From Desulfobacterales bacterium (lineage in GTDB: Bacteria > Desulfobacterota > Desulfobacteria > Desulfobacterales > SpSt-501), in assembly GCA_035467535.1 (NCBI GenBank), contig DATITS010000053.1, positions 395 through 64,394 on the forward strand: a stretch of 64,000 bases of DNA, in the 5' to 3' direction. The first letter of the stretch is position 1. Every line of letters starts with the position of its first letter. The notes beneath the pieces were generated by a model. It had not been told where the DNA came from, did not search any database, and worked only from the letters and a program-made list of their open reading frames with translations. The position numbers were made by a program, and so were the translations under genes. This document shows positions 62,929 through 64,000 of the stretch, in pieces.

Positions 62929-64000
62929 TCAGCCATGTCTCAGGAGGCGGTTGATGTATCGGAAATACGTCTGGCTCTGGCTGTGCATGTGGAAGACCCA
63001 GAGGTTGTAGATCTTTTCCGTTGGCAGTCCGTTTTCCTTGGCGTAGGTCGCGGGGAAGACGAGCGCCGGGACGTGCTCCTGGCCGGTGATGCGGCGGACC
63101 ATCCGGAGTGCGGCGGCGAGCACGTCCGGCGCGAGCCCCTTGGGTTCAAGCACGAGTGCTGTGATGCAGTTCGTCAGGTCCGAGAGGTTGAGCCCGATGT
63201 CGGAGACGTTGGCGATCAGGAATGCCCTGAGCCTGCCGTCTTCCTTCAGCGTGAACAGATGGCGGTCACGTCTGAACCCGCACTTTCGAAACTCTTGGCA
63301 CAGGTTGTCGTCCTGCCACGTCGTTGGCTGCAGGTCCAGGGCCTTCAGCATGGGGCCGCCGTAGTTGCGGTCGTAGAGGTATTCCAGGTCGGCCACATCC
63401 GTGCTCTCGGCCCGGCCAAACTCCCAACGCGTCGGCAGGCTCAAGTCCCCGTCGCCGCCTTCGGGGTGCGCCATATAGGCAAAGGCGTCCACCGAGCAGC
63501 CCTGGCGGTCGTTGATGAACTTGGCCGCCCCCCCGAATACCCGGTTCGGAAATCTGTTCTTGGGCTGGTAGTAGCATACCAGGTAATCCAGGTGCAGCCC
63601 GCGCAAGCGGTAGGTGTCATGGCCGAAACGGCCGATCTGGTCGAGCACGATGAGGCCCGCCCGGTTCAAGGCGGACTTGCGGGCGGCATGATGGTGGATG
63701 AGCCAGGAACTTTTCCAATATCGGATCGTCGCCAGATGGGCAAGGATAGTGCCGTCGTTCTGGTAGACGAAATGCCGGGCGATCTCCGGGCTGCGGGTGT
63801 AAAGCTTTTGGTAGGTCTGCTTGATCTGCTCCTTGTTGGCGTGGATGAGAGCGTATTTCTTGGGGTAGATGAAGCCGGTTTCAAACAGGAAATCCCAAAG
63901 GGCATCCAGGTCCAGATCGTTGCACACATAGGAGTTCCTGTTCTGCACCTGGTGCAGCATCGCCAGTAGCTTGACGTGATCCTGGGCCGTAATGTCGATC
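62929..64000 (-). CDS. hypothetical protein (5' end may lie beyond the window)
   Basis: The frame is open from the window edge (IDITAQDHVKLLAMLHQ...). It is a 343-aa or longer product with coding-like composition and no motif I can name. Confidence 0.6.
   Translation of the reverse strand, partial: IDITAQDHVKLLAMLHQVQNRNSYVCNDLDLDALWDFLFETGFIYPKKYALIHANKEQIKQTYQKLYTRSPEIARHFVYQNDGTILAHLATIRYWKSSWLIHHHAARKSALNRAGLIVLDQIGRFGHDTYRLRGLHLDYLVCYYQPKNRFPNRVFGGAAKFINDRQGCSVDAFAYMAHPEGGDGDLSLPTRWEFGRAESTDVADLEYLYDRNYGGPMLKALDLQPTTWQDDNLCQEFRKCGFRRDRHLFTLKEDGRLRAFLIANVSDIGLNLSDLTNCITALVLEPKGLAPDVLAAALRMVRRITGQEHVPALVFPATYAKENGLPTEKIYNLWVFHMHSQSQTYFRYINRLLRHG

Overview
A 64-kb, visibly high-GC bacterial chromosomal segment with about 60 protein-coding genes. 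I found no rRNA, tRNA or CRISPR array by eye. The gene content includes a B12-dependent class II RNR, CooC/RACo-like proteins, an Isf-type flavoprotein and a probable selenocysteine recoding event. That mix suggests an anaerobic deltaproteobacterium (Desulfobacterota-like), but this is inference only.

Layout:
- 2-9.7 kb: a complete PII nitrogen-signalling locus, glnE-glnD-amtB-glnK-glnA, plus a GAF/sigma-54 NifA-like activator.
- 9.8-14.4 kb: dinB, aroK, nrdJ.
- 14.6-20 kb: zur-znuB-znuC-znuA, cysS, sodC.
- 20.5-23.3 kb: a PhaF-like phasin, an acyl-CoA dehydrogenase and a CooC-like ATPase.
- 23.4-28.8 kb: a protein-modification cluster with an AcuC-like deacetylase, an AcuB-like CBS protein, prmA, a sirtuin, an ASKHA (RACo-like) ATPase and a GNAT.
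- 29-33 kb: degP/htrA, an isochorismatase-family hydrolase, a DUF5329 protein and a cysteine desulfurase.
- 33-39.9 kb: a Dpp/Opp-type ABC operon with an M20 peptidase.
- 40.1-46.2 kb: a BMP-type ABC operon with a cytosine-deaminase-like amidohydrolase.
- 46.2-50.7 kb: a gene-decay zone containing a truncated nitrilase, a metallophosphoesterase fragment and an HMGL-like fragment.
- 50.7-53.9 kb: a redox cluster.
- 54-60.3 kb: a NERD protein, an expanded KAS III-like enzyme, a YchF-like protein with a K-to-R P-loop, a LEA_2 lipoprotein and AsmA.
- 60.7-64 kb: a stand-alone NrdD C-terminal glycyl-radical mini-protein, an S1-domain protein and a hypothetical protein.

The most interesting items:
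1. An AhpD/CMD-family gene whose CxxC motif reads C-E-Y-TGA, followed by a SECIS-like hairpin. This is a candidate selenoprotein.
2. A 111-aa protein consisting only of the NrdD Zn-ribbon and glycyl-radical domain. It sits behind a promoter with NrdR-box-like operators that mirror those of nrdJ.
3. Three unrelated families of long palindromic or MITE-like intergenic repeats. One pair brackets amtB-glnK in inverted orientation.
4. A KAS III homologue with an insertion of about 145 aa, next to a divergent YchF.
5. A sirtuin translationally coupled to a ferredoxin-less RACo-like ASKHA ATPase, inside a reversible-acylation gene cluster.

All functional calls rest on motif recognition in the supplied translations. 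No database search was run.
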